Source: a virus
Lineage: Duplodnaviria; Caudoviricetes
Length of the DNA stretch: 56,801 nucleotides
Strand: one strand, 5' to 3'
Virus record (IMG/VR): IMGVR_UViG_3300037504_000230
Span: 1 to 56,801 of that record
Positions 53,332 through 56,801 of this stretch are shown here, piece after piece (position 1 is the first letter of the stretch; the number at the start of each line of letters is the position of its first letter). The position numbers and the translations under genes are program-made. The notes beneath the pieces were generated by a model that did no database searches, was not told the DNA's origin, and worked only from the letters and a program-made list of their open reading frames with translations.

Positions 53332-56300
53332 GCTGCCTCCAATTCCATAATGCGATTTTCCAGTTGAATAACGCGCTCAAATAGCGCTCTCACGGTATCA
53401 ATTGTGAGTTCGCTGATGCCACGCAACGACATCATATAGTTACCATCACGGCCATAGCTGATTACGCGCGTTTCCTCTAAAATAGGCCGTGCATATTCAA
53501 TGAATTGCCCGAAGCGATCACGCAATCCTGGCACCATTTGCGCACGCAATCCGTGTAGCAGTGCGAGGTCATCGTAGTCATCCCAGTCATTTTCTGTGAC
53601 GCTACCCGCAATGTAGATGTCACCGTTGCCTTTAAAAACTTGGCGTGCATCACCGTTATTTGTGATGGCGACAATATTTGCATTATTACTCAACGCGGCA
53701 ACGCCCGTGCCATTCTTTTTTGAACCAGTTAGCTTGATTGCGCCGTCCGCGCCATCATCATCAGCCGTGCTTTCACTTTGGCTGATTGCTAAAACCGTCA
53801 CGCCTTCCGCAACCGAGTTTCCGCTAATGCCATTAATTTCTAGCCCGCCGCTTGGAATTGCCTTTTCGATTGCGCCGAAAATGTCCGTTTCCGTGCGTGT
53901 CGTGATGCCGTGTGCTACATCGGTTGAGTCGCGGAAGGCTAGAATTTGATCATCGTTTCCTTTCTGGTCGATTGTGATACCGATAGTCATATCTGAGTTG
54001 GAGCCAGAGTTGATATACCAAGAATGATCAATCATAAAGGCATCTTCGCTCTCGTCCCATTTTGCGGTTGGCGTGCCCGTTACATTCACGGTCCACAAAT
54101 TAATGTCGCGGTCAGCAGCGTCGCTACTGAACTCAATACACTGCTCAGATGTATCACCTTGGTCCAGGAAAAGTACCGGTTGCGCGCCGGTGCTAGAGGA
54201 TTGATCGACGTGGAGCTGGCCAGATGGCGATGTTCCGCCGCCGAGTATTATGTCGCCATTGGGGTCGAATAATGCTGTGATCGTTCCTGCACTTCCGCGC
54301 TTTATAATTAAATCACGCGCTGCCAAATCTGATTCGCGATATGTAATTACAAGGTCCTCATCAGAATCAGTAATTATTGACGCATCTGTACTCCCTGCTC
54401 TTGTGAATAATATTCCGCGTGAGTTATTGCCGCTAGTGGCCACCTCAATATAATTATCGGTAGTATCAGCATCACCGCCGACTTGAAGCAGGTTGCCTGG
54501 TGTAGCGCCGACACCGGCATAGCCGGATGAATTAATGCGCACAACCTGCGATGTATTGCCCGACTCAATTCTGAATACATCAGTGCCGGTTGTTTGGTCT
54601 CTGATGAAAAAATCATCGCCGATATCCCCACGCATGCCTGCGTACCATTTTTGAGCACTGTCGTTTTCGTACCAAATATAAGATGTTGAATTTGCGCCAG
54701 TCGCCTCAAGCTTCAAAACAACATTTGTGTTTTCTATTTCAAATATCGTTGCTGGCGATGTAGTTCCAACACCAACTCTGGATACATTTGTAATCTCCAA
54801 ATAATCATTAGTAGAGTCAAATTCAATTGTCGGCTCGCCTGCGCCGCCAGTGATTGACGCACCATCCGCCATGTCAATATCGGAGCCGGATAGCACATTG
54901 AGAGAATTGGCCGTCATCGTAAAATCCGCTGCGCCCGCAATCACATACTGGATTGTGTCGTCTGCACTGGCGTGGAGATAGGTATCCGCATCAGTGTCGA
55001 TGATTAAATCGTTGCCATTCAGATCAATATTTGAGCCGCTGGCGCACTCAAATTTGTTGGCTGTGAAAGTAAAATCGGCGGCAGATGCAATCACCACGTC
55101 AATGTCATCGTCGGCATTTGAGATAAAGCCGCTATCATTGTCGTTGTCAAACACGATACTTTGGCCTTGCATTTGTAGTTGTGTTTCAAATACAATATTT
55201 GCGCCAAATGTAGCGCGGAGTACATTATTGGAATATAATTCTATCTCACCCTCTGAGGAATCGAAGATGATATAGGTATCGCCACTCACGCCAACGACGC
55301 CGTCGTCAGGTACAAATAAATCCTCTAGCGTAATTTGTCCGCTGGCGCTGGTTTGCAGGATTGTATCTGTGTCTGTAGTCCCGTCTGAAGTTGTGGTGAT
55401 CGCGTGCGCGTGCGTTGCCGCGCCAACGGTATTAGCCGTGCCGGTCGTGAGTGTCGTCGGCGTGCCTAACGTGAACGTGCGGTTGGCGCTGATGTCACCG
55501 CCGCCTGTAAGCCCATTCCCTGCCGTGAGTGTCACCGAGGTATGGTTGATGTGTTCGTTCGCCACAAACCCCACGAGGCTATCGTGATTGACGGTATCGC
55601 CGCCGCCGCTTTCGTGCGTGCTTGCATGTGCTGGTAAATCGCCGACTTGAATTGCACTTGGAATATAGCGCGTACCATCACTGCGCAGGTATGAACCTGC
55701 GCCGGGGTCGTCGGCGTGAATGATTCCTTTGCCAGTTGGCAAAAGCAAATCGCCCACTTCTATCGTAATATTACCGCCAGATGCAATCGTGAATGATTGT
55801 ACATCATTAGGCCAAAATGCGATATTTGCTGTTGTGCCAGTTACAATATTCAATCCAGCACTTGTGTCGCTATTTGCAAATATTCTAGCTGAATCAGCAA
55901 TGGCGCTTCCGGCTGTAGTGTATCCGGAACTAAAAACATCAACGAGCAATCCTGCCGCATCCGCCAGTAACCTGAGTTGTATTCGTGCCGCCGTGTCGTT
56001 TGTCGCATTCTCGCCTTGTAGAATAGTAGCGGCGTTTTGATCGCGCCGTGCCACAAATATAGATCCTGGCGCAACAATACCTATGCCAAAATTGCAATCG
56101 CTAAAATACGCATAATCCGTTGCGCCGCTGCTATCAAATCCAAGGCGTGCGGTCGCTGCGCTGTTGCCGATCCAGTCTGCATCTTCTACCGTTATGCCGC
56201 TGATACCAGAGAAGGCGAAAGTTCCGGCCGCGTTGACGGTCAGGAGCTCATTGCCGCTTATCCCGAACTCAGTGCCGTCCTCGCCATAGAAGTCCGACGC

Positions 56301-56801
56301 CGTAACGCCGCCGTCGAATTGCCCATTCCCATCACTATCAATCCGCGCGACCTCGGCGCTGCCACTATCAAGTACACGCACACGGTCAGAGCCGCCAGTA
56401 TCGCCGAGGTGCGCATTAATATATCCGCTAGAGGAGTCGAATTCTATCCGCACATCGCCACTGCGTCCAATATACGTATCATCATTCTCCAAAATAAGGT
56501 TGCCGCTGTCGTCGAGGGTGACGGCGCTATCCTGTATCGTATCTGTGCCATCCCAGCGGGCGATACGGTTATCGGTACCGAGACCGGTCAGATTGCTCAC
56601 GGTGGCCCACGAGAGGTTGCCGCCGCCATCCGTGGCCAGGACCTGGTTGGCCGCGCCGTCCACATCGGGTAGCACCCAGATCTGGTCGGCGGTCAGCGCC
56701 GGGGCCTCGAATCCGACATAATTGGAGTTGCCCACATCGTAGAAGCGCAACTCGCTGCCGCCACGCAGTTGCTCATTCCCGTTGAGTATCAGCCCGCCGA
56801 A
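53328..56801 (-). CDS. Long tail fibre (main part; 5' end lies at 1..603)
   Basis: Gly/Thr/Asp-rich; VGVGTTSP...LHV fibre repeats; C-terminal coiled coil resembling a degenerate chaperone domain. Confidence 0.85.
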   Translation of the reverse strand, partial: FGGLILNGNEQLRGGSELRFYDVGNSNYVGFEAPALTADQIWVLPDVDGAANQVLATDGGGNLSWATVSNLTGLGTDNRIARWDGTDTIQDSAVTLDDSGNLILENDDTYIGRSGDVRIEFDSSSGYINAHLGDTGGSDRVRVLDSGSAEVARIDSDGNGQFDGGVTASDFYGEDGTEFGISGNELLTVNAAGTFAFSGISGITVEDADWIGNSAATARLGFDSSGATDYAYFSDCNFGIGIVAPGSIFVARRDQNAATILQGENATNDTAARIQLRLLADAAGLLVDVFSSGYTTAGSAIADSARIFANSDTSAGLNIVTGTTANIAFWPNDVQSFTIASGGNITIEVGDLLLPTGKGIIHADDPGAGSYLRSDGTRYIPSAIQVGDLPAHASTHESGGGDTVNHDSLVGFVANEHINHTSVTLTAGNGLTGGGDISANRTFTLGTPTTLTTGTANTVGAATHAHAITTTSDGTTDTDTILQTSASGQITLEDLFVPDDGVVGVSGDTYIIFDSSEGEIELYSNNVLRATFGANIVFETQLQMQGQSIVFDNDNDSGFISNADDDIDVVIASAADFTFTANKFECASGSNIDLNGNDLIIDTDADTYLHASADDTIQYVIAGAADFTMTANSLNVLSGSDIDMADGASITGGAGEPTIEFDSTNDYLEITNVSRVGVGTTSPATIFEIENTNVVLKLEATGANSTSYIWYENDSAQKWYAGMRGDIGDDFFIRDQTTGTDVFRIESGNTSQVVRINSSGYAGVGATPGNLLQVGGDADTTDNYIEVATSGNNSRGILFTRAGSTDASIITDSDEDLVITYRESDLAARDLIIKRGSAGTITALFDPNGDIILGGGTSPSGQLHVDQSSSTGAQPVLFLDQGDTSEQCIEFSSDAADRDINLWTVNVTGTPTAKWDESEDAFMIDHSWYINSGSNSDMTIGITIDQKGNDDQILAFRDSTDVAHGITTRTETDIFGAIEKAIPSGGLEINGISGNSVAEGVTVLAISQSESTADDDGADGAIKLTGSKKNGTGVAALSNNANIVAITNNGDARQVFKGNGDIYIAGSVTENDWDDYDDLALLHGLRAQMVPGLRDRFGQFIEYARPILEETRVISYGRDGNYMMSLRGISELTIDTVRALFERVIQLENRIMELEAA
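56586..56801. repeat. Terminal direct repeat, right copy
   Basis: Matches 1-216. Confidence 0.95.

Noticed and set aside
1-56801. Stop-codon reassignment
   Set aside because: Core genes are full length in the standard code and TAA, TAG and TGA all serve as stops

Overview
The window is an apparently complete, circular-mapping ~56.6 kb tailed (siphovirus-type) phage genome. Bases 1-216 repeat as 56586-56801 with 2 mismatches, and the tail-fibre gene reads across the junction. Nearly all genes are on the minus strand. In transcription order these are: early cassette region (47.9-42 kb); replication and nucleotide genes (MT-A70 methylase, initiator, class II RNR, PolX, DnaB, ERF, SSB, ParM); lysis; ThyX; ParB and ABC-ATPase/GNAT; terminase; portal-MuF fusion; head; neck; a glycosyltransferase/sulfotransferase block; tail; baseplate; fibre and a beta-helix spike. 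One divergent plus-strand unit (48.0-51.2 kb) encodes small DNA-binding proteins, two membrane proteins and an FtsK/SpoIIIE ATPase. I found no integrase, tRNA, CRISPR array or reverse transcriptase. The SSB and holin look like those of Chloroflexota (Anaerolineae) phages, which is recall and not verified. Best candidates for new biology: (1) a phage-plasmid with ParM partitioning plus a TraB/Spd-like DNA-transfer module; (2) virion glycosylation plus sulfation genes inside the tail operon; (3) a promoter-leader-terminator switch with a recurring CCCT(T/A)GGAGG motif in the late operon; (4) repeat-bounded early gene cassettes. All family calls come from motif recognition by eye, with no database searches.
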